NCBI RefSeq assembly: GCF_002105155.1
Contig: NW_019028992.1
Location: 620,001 to 684,000, forward strand
Source: Lobosporangium transversale
Taxonomy: Eukaryota
Direction of reading: 5' to 3'
DNA length: 64,000 bases
The notes under the pieces were generated by a model, which worked only from the letters and a program-made list of their open reading frames with translations, ran no database searches and was not told where the DNA came from. Shown piece after piece: positions 39,367 through 53,491 of the stretch. A program made the position numbers and the translations under genes. How positions within the stretch are numbered: the stretch's first letter is position 1; each line of letters opens with the position of its first letter.

Positions 39367-42300
39367 TTAAAGCTTTCCATCCTGGACTTCCTCCACTACT
39401 GTGTCAGCCATTTCGACATCTGTATCAACTATCGCAGTGCCATTAGAACTTGCGCCAACACTAGCAACTGTCACAGAACCGGCATCTGCAGCTGCACTAC
39501 TCTCGCTTATTTGGTCTGCAGTGGTATTGGCGGTAGCAATTACATCTTTTGAATTCTGTTCTGTAGCTGTAGTGGCGTTGACAGCCGGAGTAGAAGCTGT
39601 AGCAGCAGCAAGGCCAGAAGAAGCAATAGGAGCAGTTGCGGTGTTGGCAGTTGCAGCAGCATCCTCCCCAAGTGAGTTTAATAACGGACTCAACAGTTCA
39701 TCCACCTGGTCAATCGAGACATTACAACATAAAGCAATTAGCCGTTGGTACTCATGTCGCCTCCTGCCCTCTTGGCTCTTCATCTGAACTATCTGATTCA
39801 CACGATCTTTGCGTCGTTGCTGTAGCTCTGAGAGTTTGACCCGCAGCTGCTCAGATTCTGTTTCAAGAGCCTGTAATTTCAAGGACGACGCAGATGAGGA
39901 ACGCGAGAATGAAATCTCACTTGTCTTATTCGTCGCACCCTTTGCAGCAGTTTTCGTTATTTCTGACGATAAGGATGAGGGCGGTGATGACACTTGCTGT
40001 TGCTGCCCTTGATCCTGTTGTTGTTCGGGAATGGCCGCTGTGGATGTTGTAGATGGGGCTGCAGTCATGTCCACATCAGAGTCGCCATCAGCACGGCTAC
40101 TGAGTGAAGATTGGTTTGCATCATTTGTTGTGACAGAAGTTGCTGTGGCCTTCAGAGCTCCAACACCCTCGTTCTCATTGGTCTTTACAGTGTTTCGGTC
40201 TTTGTTCTCTGTTGATGACTCTGTCTGATGAGCCTTTTGGGTCTCCTTCTCCTTCTCTTCCTTCTCCTGCTCCTTCCTCTCGTTCTCGTTCTGGCTCATA
40301 GGTGTTGATGCTACTGGAACGACTGCATCCACATCCATCTCTTTTTCATCCAAACTCCCTTGCTCCAAAAGCTCACTTCTCAATCTCTCTTCTTCGATCG
40401 CAATCAGTTCCTCTAATCTTAATCGTTGCCGAATCTGGATTTCTTGCTTAATCATAGTCTCTAACACTCGGATTTGTTCCTCTGCTTGACTCAGGGCTAC
40501 GGTCTTTTGTTTCAGCTCATGGATGGTTCGGTGACCTTCTCGAACCTCAGCTTGGATCCCTTGTAACAAACTACGGGCCTCCTGGATATCTTGATCCTTT
40601 TCAAAAATATCCTTTTCGTACGACTGTGTTAATCGTGAAAAGAGATCGCTCACTGTTGGGATCACACCCTGTGCACCAAAGGAGCCAGAAGCTCCTTCTG
40701 CTCCTCCAGGTAGGCGGCGTGTAAGCCACGAAGATGATGATGAGTTGACTTGTTGGAGCTGAGAATAGAGACTACTGCTACTGTTGGAATTAGGATATGC
40801 ATGTTGATGCGAAGATGATGAAGGTGGTGGACGGGATAAAAGATGGTGATGGGTATGTGACTCGTTCCCATGCCCTGCATACTGCTCACGCGTGTCAATG
40901 ATTTGTGTTGGGTATCCAGTCGAAGATGTAGACGGTTGTGATGGAGTATTAGATCGCCGATGATGTTTTAATGACTGCTGCTGCTGCGGTTGTTGTTGAC
41001 GTTGTGAAGGACGATTATTGTTGCTTCTATTGACACCACTTGATAAAGGCAATGCTGACCCAGCTTGCTGCTGTTGCTGTTCTGCTTCCAGTAAGTAATC
41101 TTCTGCATTTTTGCCATTATGGTTACGAATCTTGAGATCAGCGCCTGCATCGACCAACATCTTGACCACTCTTTTACCTCCGATCTTCAACCTCGCCGCA
41201 ATCGTCAGTGCTGTATCTCCAACATGGTCCTGAACATTAATGATGGAGGCCAACTCTGAGGGATGCTGAGCCAACTTCTCCAATAGGCATTCCAAATAGT
41301 AACGGGCTGCATGAATCTTGCCTCGTTGACCTGCAGTCTCAGCCACATGGTGGAACACTGTTTTATCATCCTTATCGATCGTAAAGATTGTCTTTTGCAA
41401 TAGTTCCAATAACGCTGGGAAACATCGTTGATCGAAATTGTTGCTGAACAACACGCTGCGCATCAGAGCCGTTTGACCATCTGTATTGACTTTATACGTA
41501 TCAACACCACCATGAGCACTTTGGATCAAGAGCTTCACCACATCTACCTTCCCCATTGCTGCAGCCCAATGTAAAGCGGTGTGGCCTTCATCATCAATCA
41601 CGACGTTAAAATCTATGTCTGCAGGTGGGTTGGTCAGGATTTTGGGCAGTCCACTCACTCCATCTGAGATGAAATATTCAAGAAGGGTCTCTGCATACGG
41701 TCCACGAGACGATGAAGTCGATAATGGTGTATTCATCATTGCTGTTGAAGCTCCTCCCCCCGCAATGGCAGAGGCTGTCATAGTAGATGAGGCTGTAGAC
41801 TTGCGATCATCCTGATCAGAAGCCCTCGTGCGTGACGTTGATCTCCTATTCATTTTACTTCGTACGCTCGGTGAAGAATCGCGCTGGTACGATGTATCTC
41901 TGTCCTCTACATCTTCATCGTCATCATCTTCTTCCTCTCCGTCTCTATCCATTTCCGCCATATGATCACGATCATCTCGATCTCGATATCTTCGTCCTCG
42001 ACTCTTCTGAGACCCACTTTCCATGTCTACATCTTGATCCTGACTCAGACCTCCTGTTGTTCCACGTTTCCGTCGACCTGCACGCTTCTTACGAGCCTCA
42101 TACTTGTTTTCATAGCCTAGAAACAATTCATCTCCTGGTCGTCCTCCCTGTTGTTGTTGTTGTCGCTTGCGAGAGGCACTTGGATAGAGTTGTGTGGTTG
42201 CAGATAGATTCAAGTTTGAAGGTACACGACCACGATGACGACCTCCTCGATGTTGCCTAGCAGCGGATGTGGAAGTTGAGGCGGATGAGAACGAGGTTTC

Positions 42301-42509
42301 ACGCTCTGACATCTCGCCTGATGAAAAATCGTTCCGTGAATTGATAGGTGATGGTGTTCTAGTGCGCATTCCACTTTGATCAGTGCCAACACTCATCGAT
42401 TCATCCATACTCACATCACTATCTGTTGTTGTTTTTACGCATATTAAAATGCACATTTATACATATATGTAATGGGAAATAGTAGTAAAAAAGCATTACG
42501 CTTTCGTTA

Positions 42510-42542
<33 letters not shown>

Positions 42543-45107
42543 CTTGAACTTGCTCAGAGAGTTCAGACAAATAAGCTTACCTGCACCATCGTCTGAGCTT
42601 GTTCCATCATCGTCCAATCCATCATCCTCAGTCCCCTGGAGTACACTGCCATGACCATCATCTCCATTCTGACTTGATCCATCATCCGCAGCGACACCTA
42701 TGGTTCGTGGTCCGGTTCTTCTTTCTGACAATGTTTGCCTTCCAGTTGTTGTTGCGGCTGTCGTAGTAGCATCAGTATCCAAATCCACATCTCCATCTCC
42801 ATCTGTATCTGCATCTGTGGCTTCTTTCTTGAGTCTTGATCTTCTCATCTTGGTTGCTCCTGTTCCAGTAGCGGCAGCACTAGTAGAAGAAGAGGCATCG
42901 TCTATTTGTGATGCTATTCGAGGCTCGCGTGGTTTTCGTGGACGATTTGATGCTGCTGTGACGTGTTTTGGTGCCAAGGGAGGACTCGCCTGGGTGGCTT
43001 GATAATCCAAAAGAGGTTGAAGCAGTTGAATCACATTGTATTCCTGACACAGTTGAAGCCCACGTTCGAAAGGAACCCATGTTCCTGATGAAAATATTTA
43101 CAGGTGTTTTTAAAAAAGGAGAAAATAAAGTCAATCATCTTTATCCCAAGTTTAAAAAGGATACAGCAACATGACTTTGCCTTGATTCTTCTTAATATAA
43201 AATCTAATATTCATTTCCCTTTTCTTTTTTCTTTTCTCTAAATCAGTGAAAAAAAAAAAAATGATACCTTGGTATTTCCCATATCCACCTTGGACTTTTT
43301 CATGTTCTCCCTTCTGGACTTCTCTTTCCAAAATCCTGGTCCGCTGTGGTTTATCAAACTCGGCCACTTTCAGGATCTGAGTTGCATTCAAATATGAATC
43401 CGATCTTCGTTTCATCACCGCCACTCCTTTGGAAATCATTTCAAATACCGGTACACCTGAATAAGTTGCTTTAAATATTTGGGGCGTCGACGTCGGTGGC
43501 GCCGTTATTGGTCCCGGGCCTGGCCCTTCACTATTTTTTTTACCATTTCTACTTGCATCACCTGCGCCCGCACCTGATCTCAATGTCAACGACGGAACAT
43601 CCACTCCAGTAGGTTCTGCATGGGTTCCAGAATTAGTTTTCAGCCCTAGTCTTATTCCTGCTTCTGCTCCTTCTCCATTTCCTTCCTGCTTAATGGTGGA
43701 TGATTCTGCAGTACCTGTAGCAAGAGGAGGGGGTGGTGGCGGGGGTGGCATACTGAGCGAATTTATACCGACACCAACATTTGATGTTGGATGTCCTCCT
43801 CCAGACCCTGTTGAGTATGCCTGTGATGAGGGGATCGGATGCTGCTGTTGCTGTTGTTGTTGCTCCTGAGGCATTGCCGCTGCCAACTGTATAGATGGTA
43901 TAGACATTCCATTAATATTTTCTGATTGAGAAATAGATGGTAAGGCTTGATTTGATTCTGTGAATGGATGCTGCTGCTGATGCTGGTACTGGTGATGATT
44001 CTGATGCTGATGCTGATGTTGATATTGAAGCTGAAATTGATTTTCTTTTTCCTCCGCTTGATTCTTCTCTTCGAATTCCTTTAGCTCTTGCTCTCGTCGA
44101 AGTTGTTCTTGACGCTCTTGCTCCAACCGCTTCTGCCTTTCTAACTCTTGTTGACGCTGCCTTAATAGTTGCCACGAGGTCGGCTTGGATCCTGTGGGCG
44201 AAATAGGGGAAGTTTGCGGTGGAGGTAGAGGCGAGGGCTGGGCTCCACTACCGCTAGAGATCGAAGAGGGTGGCGTTGATGTTGATGTTGATGTTGATGT
44301 AGATATTGAAGAGGAAGACACTAAGGGTGTGGGCGCACCCACTGAACTTGAAAGTGCTGGCGCCATGACTGGATGGGATGTCGGTTTACCCTGACTTGGA
44401 GTCTGGCCTTGGAGAGGATTAAATCCAATTCCAGACTGAGAAGGTCCATGTTGCTGTTGCTGTTGCTGTTGCTGTTGAGGAGACAGTAATGGCGGCGATG
44501 CTTCCTTCAACTGTTGTTCAAGTTGCTGTTGATGTTGCTGCAGTTGTAGTTGTAATTGTTGTTGTTGTTGAAGGAGTTGTTGCCGCTGCTGTAGCAACAA
44601 TGCAGCGGTTGAAGTTTTGAAAGGAAGTGGGGTTGCCATTGTAGTCGATGGCCCTGTATATCCTGGTAAACCAGGAGACACCATTCCAGACGAGGTTGAA
44701 GACAATGCTTGCGGCGATACAGGTCCTGTTGCCGTTGTTGTTGTAGCTGTCAGAGGCATCCCAATGGTTGGTGGTATTGACGGCTGTTGTTGTAACCCAT
44801 GTACGGCCACAGAAGTTGAAGGGATATTGGTGGACGAACTACTAGTTGTTCCTATTGCTGAGGATGAAGTCGTAGAAGCGGGTATGCTCAGACCAGGTGG
44901 GATCTGATGGTAACGCGTCTGCTCTACAAAATGGGATGGCTGTTGTTGTTGCTGCTGTTGCTGCTGATGGTGCTGATCTTGCCGCAAGACATGCTGTCTG
45001 TAGAATTGTTGTTGATGATGTTGCTGCTGCTGCTGCTGCTGCTGCTGTTGTTGTTGTTGTTGTTGTTGCGGATGGTTGTGATGTGGAGGATAGGAGCGCT
45101 GATCCAT
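39367..45107 (-). CDS. APSES (KilA-N) plus ankyrin-repeat G1/S transcription factor, Mbp1/Res1/Res2 family (3 exons)
   Basis: [11 protein letters not shown]...[19 protein letters not shown]...[30 protein letters not shown]. Ankyrins [15 protein letters not shown] and [14 protein letters not shown]-terminal YQRLIALCC. Long poly-Q N-terminus. Confidence 0.92.
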
Positions 45108-45292
45108 TTTTGTAGAGGAAAAAAAGGAAAAAAAAGAAATGTATGGAATTCAACAGCAATAAACGGAATGAAAGGGATATTACTGCCTGAAAAGACAAAA
45201 AAAAAAAAAAAAAAAAAAAAAAGTGGATGATCTTGTATTTCACACTTTGTACAAAGACTATGTAACAATCAAGCCTTTGTAAACAAACTTTA

Positions 45293-45463
45293 ACGCGCGA
45301 CTCATTCTCATTAGTGACGCGTGATTGCGCGTGTCACACTTATCATGGGTACAGAATGCGTGTCTACTCACCAACAAGCATCACTTTACTCTTTACTCCA
45401 TACTCCATACGCTTCCTCTCTACTGTCGAATGACATACTGCCAATTAATCTTCTCGTTCGCGT
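45293..45463. promoter_or_regulatory. Cluster of MCB/SCB-like CGCG elements upstream of the APSES gene
   Basis: ACGCGCGA (45293), perfect MCB ACGCGT (45317-45322), GCGCGT (45327) and TTCGCGT (45457-45463), about 190-360 bp upstream of the ATG in AT-rich DNA. Confidence 0.55.
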
Positions 45464-45964
45464 GGGTCTGCATAAAATGACGTGTGCAAAACTAGGTTTG
45501 TTGCAGAACATGGTATTTGAGCCAGCTAGTCTTTGATCGTTCTATTTGGAGGAAGCGATGCCATCAATGGTATTCTCGTCGCCTCTTAGCATCCCTATCT
45601 CCGGGGCGACAGCCAGCGGATTTCTTGACTGAAGTCTATCTTGAGCTCTGAAGTCGCTGATGCTATGTCTACTCGCATCATCTCTATTTATCTACTAATC
45701 GAGTCTACCCATTTCGACGCTCTATGCCTTTAAAAGTTGATTCTGTCGCAAATTTGTAAAATGCAATTTTTCGACTTTCGAGTGTATATACGATACAAGA
45801 TATTACTTTTATTATTATTATTATTTTAATTTCTAACAATGTGAAGAAAATGCCTACTGAGAAAGGAAGGAGATAATCAAGAACGATTCTGTCACACCAC
45901 AATATGAATATTTATTTTAATTCAATGAATGAGCAAGTAAAGTACTTTTATTTCCTTTTACTTT

Positions 45965-47499
45965 TTAGTGAGCATGAAAGCAATTGTTACATGATCCGCG
46001 TTTAAAGACATTAGGATTAAACTCTGTACAGTTGCATTCACGACAAGGGCCCATATCATTCGTCGCTGCTACATTCTGGTTCGCAAAATAGTCCTTGGGA
46101 ATATAGCCCATACCAGGGGTGGACACTCCTCCTCCTCCTCCTCCTAATACAGAAGGCGTCAATGGTCCCTGAGGTAAGATGACACTGTGTCGCAACGTAT
46201 CTGTAGAAGTAGAGACTGGCAATGGAGGTGCACGGCGTGAGGCTGGAGGGGGCGGTGGAGCTGCTCTACAACCCACAGCTGCTTTCGTGTGAGGCATGAT
46301 GGTTGAAACTGGACGAGGAGTGGCTTTGGCCATGGCTGTAGAAGTTAGAGGAGTAGTGGTGGTGGCAGTGGCGGACGAATTAGGTTGGCGTGCGGGAGGG
46401 GGAGGGGGAGCTCTTTTTGTAAATCCAGGGATAGAACTTTGTTGATGTTGTTGCTCAATTAGGGGCTCCGGTTCTGGATCTTCATAGTAGGAGCCAGTGG
46501 GTGATTCTCGTTCATGATAGGCGGCCTCTTCCTCATCCTGATAATGTCGTGTTGTTGTTGGTTCTAATATTGATGAGACAGAGTTGAGCGAGGATTTTCT
46601 TCTATTGGATCCCGATCCGAATCCAGGTCTAGAGTCATTGCTGGGTACTATTTCCTCGACATAGTTGGAAGGGAACATGCCTTCATGTCGCATACCATTT
46701 GTATCTACCAATTCACCTTCCCACCACCCTGCATCGATCTCTTCGATGATCCGGATGATATCACCCTTTTGAAGGGACAATTCACCATCTCCTGTGGCCT
46801 CAAAGTTGTAGAGAGCCCTAACTTGCTTTTGTGGCTTCGTCGTACGAGGTGGTGAGGCTGCTGTTGTTGAAGAGACAATCCCGTTTGTCTTTGAAAATGC
46901 AGGAATGTTGTTCTTGGATGTTCCATTGGTGCTCAAAAAGGATGTCGACCGACTCAGGTCAGAAGACCCACGCTGGTATTGATTGTTAAAAGTAGACTGA
47001 CGACGTAGATCAGAGACGGATGCTGCTCGGTCAAGGGGCGCTGGCATGTGTCGTGCTGTAGAGATGGAGACAGAGTTGCGCTTATTATTGGTGTTATTGT
47101 TATTATTATTATTATAGTTTCTGCTACTGGTGCTGCTGGTGCTGCTTCTACCGCTGCTGTTCTGATCATCTGAATAAATCGACCGATGGTCTTCATCTGT
47201 TTCACGTGATATTTGTCTGCTTATCCTTTTTGAAGAGGGCGAAGTGATTTTATCGGAATGGGAGCCATTGCTGGGTGAAAAAGAAGTTGTAAATGTGCTT
47301 TCAGGGATTGCCTCAAGAGTCTCGACCATCTTGCGTGCAAATGCCAACAAGGCATCATAATAGACCTTTAGCCCATATACATTTTCGTCCTTTAAAAAGT
47401 ATAAAAAGAAAAAGAAAAAGAAAATTAGAAAGGAGTAAACATGAAATAAAATAAAAGTGTATATAAATATATGAACAGAAGGAAGAAGTGTCTGTAGTT

Positions 47500-47554
<55 letters not shown>

Positions 47555-49388
47555 CTGCATGAATGAACAAGTGAAGGGATGCATGAATGTATGCATGAAT
47601 GTATGTATGCGAGATGTGTACCTGAGCATCAATGATGGAGGTCATGGTAGTAAGCATGGACTCCCGAGTGTCCTCGTACTTTGCTTTAGCTGCTTGCATT
47701 TCCTCTTCCCATTCTGGTTTTTCTTTTTTGGCCTTTTGGACCTTTGCTAATTTAGCATCATAATCCAGTCTCCGAGACTGCAGCTTCTTTTGCAATGCCT
47801 GTATAATAATTATAATAAAATAAAGGGGGGAGAAAGAGAGAAGGAGAGGGCCGTTAGATCAAAAGAATGTCGATCTTTAAAGATTCCTTAAAAGGATTAA
47901 ATATGGAATTACGAAGTCATTACCTGATATTCTTTCATCCGCTCCTGTTCCTTCTCCAGACACTCGAGATATGATCCTTTGAAATGAAAAATCTAAGTAT
48001 ATACATGTACACGTGAATAAATCCGTTGGGTTAAAATAAAATTCATGTCAGCCCAAAACTCTTTTTATTATTATTATTATTTTTTCTGATTCCTTTATTT
48101 GTTCCTTGTCTGTTGATGCTGGCAGTAAATGCCATTTCTTGTCTTTCTTTCTCTCTTTCGATTGATTAAAAAGAAAAAAAGAAAAAAAGAAAAAAAAAAA
48201 AAAAAAGCCTTGCTCCCCTGGACCTTTAATGTGTTTTGATATTAGAAACAAATCGATGGTGGTACCAATCATTTTTGTCTCCAAACAAGATTGGATCCTG
48301 AAAAAGAATCCTCAGTTTCATGTCGGAACTTACCATGTCATTCTGTGCCGACCCAATGGCCTGATGTGCCTCTGCCATCGCTAATAAAGAGTCCCGATAG
48401 CTTGATCCTTCCTGGATCACTTGTGCCTTTGAATACATGCTCAAGCCAAACATTTCAATGGCTAGACCCTTGACCTTGTGCTCACCCTCCACTTGCTTAC
48501 CTACAAAGTAAATAAATAAATAAAATAAAATAAATATAATGCAAAATAGGAGAATAGGGGGAAAAGAGTTTATCATTGTTTATTTTTATAAAGTTATAAT
48601 TTTACAAAAACATTGGCATTCAACACATTGGGAACAAAACAAACTTTTTGTTTTTTACATCAGATCTCAACAAAATAATTGTGGCGGGAAAAATAAAAAA
48701 ATAAAAAATAAACGTTCATCTCTCTTTTGAGCTGTCCCAATGCTTTTTCCGTGTCAAGCAATCAAGCCATCAATTGGACTGTATAACCGTTTGCTCTTAT
48801 CATCCCCTTCCTCTTTTTCTCCCTCTTTCTCTCTCTCTGTCTTCTCTGCTGTGGATTGAATGGTTCTTGACGCGGGATGAGTGCAGGTGATACAAGAGTA
48901 AAAGAGGCCAATGCAATCTCTTTTATTTTTTTTTATTTTATTTTTTTTTTTTTTGAACCGCATGATCATGTATCTCAATGAATCGAAATAAAATAATAAT
49001 GTTAAATAACAAAATAACAATTAAAACGAACGAACGGGAGTACTTACTGAGGACTTTTAGGTAAGCCTGTGAGGTCTCGTCAAGTTTATCCAAAGCAACT
49101 CGCCTAGCCTCGGTCTCGGCCTGGAGAGCATTGAAATCATCATCCATGCGCGTCTTCTGGGCCTTGCCCATCTTTTCCCCTGTCCACTATCAATGCATTG
49201 TCACAACAAAGGTTGTAAATAAAAAAAATAAAGAAAAATAAAAAAATAGGGTTGGACAGGGATGAGAAAGGGTGATCAGGGAGGCGGAAGCTTTGTACTT
49301 GAGAGCACAATTCCAAATGAGACGTTAACAGCTTTATTTTATTTTATTTTATTTTTACCTGCTTGAATTTGCCAATGTTTTTGATCAT
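45965..49388 (-). CDS. N-BAR plus SH3 domain protein (endophilin-like) with C-terminal Cys/His motif (multi-exon)
   Basis: [43 protein letters not shown]3 [23 protein letters not shown]...GWWEGE...GMFPSNYV. Pro-rich tail ending [26 protein letters not shown]. Confidence 0.9.
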
Positions 49389-50703
49389 TATGAATGCTTC
49401 TAGCTGGCTGAATGTTTTATGAAAGGGAGAAAAGAAAGGATTAAGGAGGTAATGAGATGATATGCAACGTGTAAAATATTAGGAGGAGGACGGGGCAAAA
49501 AGAATGGTTTAAAACAAAAAAGAAGAAAGAAAAGATAAATGGGATGATCTATAAGGTATGAGACTATTAGAAAGATTGGGGAAAGAAGGTGAAGACGGGT
49601 GAAGAAGAAGGGAAAAAGAGAGGGATGGAATAAAGATGGAACGAATGAAGGAAGGGAAGGGAAGGGAAGGAAGGGATGAAAGGATGAAGGAATGAATGAG
49701 AAAGAAATGAATGAGAAAGAAATGAATGTTTTTTTAAAAGCGAGAAAGACAGAGAGAGAAAGAGAGAAAGAGAGAAAGAAAGAGAGAACGGAAGAAAGAA
49801 AGAAAGAGAGAGGACTGGAGTGTTTCATTCAAGGAGTAAAATGTGTACATGCACGTTGTCTTGATAGACTAATTCAAAAGAAGGATGAGAAAAGGGTTCA
49901 TCTCTTCCGCTCTTTCTCCTTGTTGGAACCAAAAGCGTGCAGAGAAGAGTAAAATGACTGATGTTGTAGTACATCCCATTTCGATTTCGATAGCACACAG
50001 ACATTCATCAACATCATTAACATCATCGTCATCATCATCATCATCATCATCATCGAAGCTATTCATAGCTTAAATAGTTATCAACATGTTATATTTATTA
50101 TAATTTCATTATTTCAATATTTGATCATGATCATGATCATGGTCGGTAGCAAAAGCTCCTCCAAGGACATTGATAACTGTAGTCGCACCGTTGTTCTTCT
50201 ATCACCTTGCTTGCTTCTTTTATTTTTTTTACGTCTTTTTATATCTTCATTCACCATGTTGTGTTGTTTGCAACCAACATGTAGACATGTAGCACACAAT
50301 GCACAGAACAACCGCAATGCAAGCTAACAACCAAAAAAAATTCATCTGCGTGTTATTAAAACACACCATCTTCTTCAAGTTGATCCTTTTTTCTTTCCCT
50401 TCTCCTTCCTCAAGAAACATGGGAGGTTGAAATAGTTCCGATATTCTCCTACAGCTACTCTTTGGTTTTGTTATTCGTTGCAAGTGTGCAATAACACCAA
50501 AGGATTCCATATCACTTGTAGGCCATCATCATGGTTTATGTCATCCAAAAATCACCCGTGTGTCTCGAGAGCATATCCATTGCACACACAACGGCATCCA
50601 TCACACAACACTCACTTCATTCTCCCTCTCTTCCTCTCTCTCCCTCTCTCTCCCTCTCTCTCCCTTCATTCTTCATTAAGAAAGACCTTACCCTACAAAA
50701 ACC

Positions 50704-50950
50704 ATGTCCAACTTGTATACGAATCCTCTCGGTAGCCGTGAGCACACTGCTGAGGAGCTCTACATCCGCAAGCGAGTATGATCCATATATATATAAATTC
50801 GCTGCAGTACAGAATATTGGAGTAACTTTCTTCTAACAACTCTTCTTTCCTTCTTTAATTATCTTGTAGGAAGCTGAAAAAGCTGCTGCTGCTGCCAGAG
50901 AGAAAGCTCAACAGGAAGCAGCTAAGGCTGCTGCACAACACAAGAAATAA
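50704..50950 (+). CDS. 50-aa microprotein resembling the conserved core of ATPase inhibitor IF1/Stf1 (2 exons)
   Basis: Exons 50704-50775 and 50870-50950 (gtatga...ttgtag) give MSNLYTNPLGSREHTAEELYIRKREAEKAAAAAREKAQQEAAKAAAQHKK. aaccATG context and GCT/AAG/GAG-rich codons. Confidence 0.7.
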
Positions 50951-53491
50951 AGAGTTTTTTTTTTATTTTTTGTTTTGAATCAGAATCCATAATCATCATC
51001 AGTTCAAGAACAGAATGACACAAGCAATTGTTAATGATCTGAATTAAAACAATGAATCTTTTCATTATTATTATTATTATTATTTCCCTATTCCCCTTTA
51101 ATCCACATTTTTTATTTAAAGACTTTTAAAGAATGTATTTAGCATCAACAGGTGTAAATCAAGCTGCAATATTTTTTCACAACTGATTTAAAAAAAAAAA
51201 AATCACCTCTGCATGCATTTCTTGCACGAGTATTGCATTTATCTTCCCCGTCATAGAGTCAAATTCCTCGGGCTGCTGCCGAAGCGCGACCGTTGGAACG
51301 ACTTTAAGCAACGACAAAGGACTTCGATGTGCGTTTGATTAGAAAAAAAGAAAAAAAAAAGACGTAATAGTATGAATTTATACTAGCTATTTTTTTTTTT
51401 TTTTTTTTTTTTGATGGCTTACAAAAAAAAAATGCCAATTGCTCAGTTGCTTAATTGCGTCTCAAACTATGTCATTGAAATGTTTTTTTTTTTTAATCTC
51501 CCACAATTTTGATGAGGCACTCTCCTCCATTGCCATTTGCTTTCACGCTGACATTTTATAAAGACATTATAGTCCCGTTCAGTCATAATGAACACTCTTG
51601 TGCTTTCATTGAACACAATGATCAGTTGTAAAAATACAAAAGCTGCTCTTTATATAGCTCTTAACCGCATAGAAAGTTATTCCTCCTTTCTATATACCTA
51701 CTTTCATGTTTATTTTTATTTTTTTTGCTGTATCAAGATGCCACCTCTCCATCACTCTGTTCTACTCGATGCTAGGTGGTCCTTCGCTGAGGATGATCGG
51801 TGAGAAAAAGCACTTGATGCTTACTTCCCTGCTAGTATGATGGACCAAAACTATGGAAGGGTGATGACCTTTCGGCCATATGCTGCTGTAGTAATATGAT
51901 GGACAGTTCTTTCATTCACCTTATGACAGTGCTCGTGGTAATTAAAGATGATCGATTCCAATTTAATGGTTCTTCATGACCAATTTAAGTGATCACTCAG
52001 ACACCTCAAGGGTATGCTTATATTTTTTTAACGCTACCAGTAAGGAGTGTGGGTGGCTATTTAAGATGACCATGTGGAGGGTCATTAAATGAAAAAGCGA
52101 TCATCTCTTTTGTGGTTATCCGCAATGTCATTGAATACTGGATGCGGAGCTGTCTGTCGTGGTTTGCATGTAGCCAAGAAGAAGCCCTAACCTTTACAAA
52201 GCCTGGGGAAATATTTGGCCGAACTTGATCCGAAACAGTGTACAAAAAATTTTGTCTTGCATTTCGACACACCAAGAATCCTTTATTTCGACACGTGTAG
52301 CAGGATTATCATCAAGTTAAAAAAAAATCATCATGACGTAAAATTGAACCACAACTTTTTTCTCATGTCCCATTAGAATGTTCAAGCTCATTTGCCGTTT
52401 CTTTCATTCTTAATGAACACATAATCTTTCAACGCTTGACTGATTGCTTGTTCCAATCGAGTATATCAGGCCAATGCGTGGCAAGTTTTTTTTTTTTTTT
52501 TTTTTTTTAAATCCCAGGAACAGCAACCCTCACAGATACTCAAATTCGCCCTTGCAATCTCCGCATTAGACACGCTGCGAACCAACTGATTATACTTCAC
52601 CCAAATTACAGTGCCAAGGTCTGCACATCCATTAACCGTGGCTACAGTACAGACATGATCCACAACCTCGTACTGGAGACAGAGGAGGAAGGGAGGCTGT
52701 ATGGGGCGGAGCTGCATTTCTGTGTCTGACAGTAGCGATGATAAACATTACTTGATATGCGCTGTTGTAAGGCAAAAAATAAAAAAAAAATGAAAAAATA
52801 AAAAATAAAAAATAAAAGTAATTATTCCATTCATTGCAATGTCCTTTGGTTCATCGCATCCTCATCCTCTCGGTACCTGTTGTTCTGAGATCAATAGATA
52901 CTTTGTTTCCGTCGAGGACACGCTCATCTACGTGTTATACTGATCATTGCTGATATACATCATAAAAATTCTATTTATTCTTAATATTCATCTGGCTTTT
53001 TAATCCTCTTTCTTTTCTCTACAGCACTGGTCAGTCCTTCCATGCAAAAACATTATGATGCCTTCAAAGGCTTTTCATCACGTAATTTTTAATAACTGTA
53101 ACTATTTGATGTGCTTCCGCAATTTTAACGCTACCAATTCATTCACCATTTCTCATTCTCATGCTAGACTTCGCCATTCCTCTCTCATTACTAATGAATC
53201 CATTGGTCATTACCGGAATGGGATATTAGCCTTTATGCCCTGCACATAAATGAGCCTGTTGAGCGGCCATAGCTGCAGAACATAACGACATGAGATTTTC
53301 AAGGTCGTTAATGGTAAGAAAGCATACCCAGCGAGCAAAGCGTTAGGCACACTGCTTCAGCCGTGATACTCTACAACATGCGATTTTTTGGACATCGGAT
53401 GGCAAGAGACGTCCTATGTTGGAAAAGTAGAAGAGAAATAACTCTATACTTACAAAGTTGATTATTGTTTTGCAATATAGACACCCCGATG

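Noticed and set aside
43152..45107. Extreme poly-Q tracts in the APSES factor
   Set aside because: Low-complexity expansions occur in most proteins in this window; not specific.
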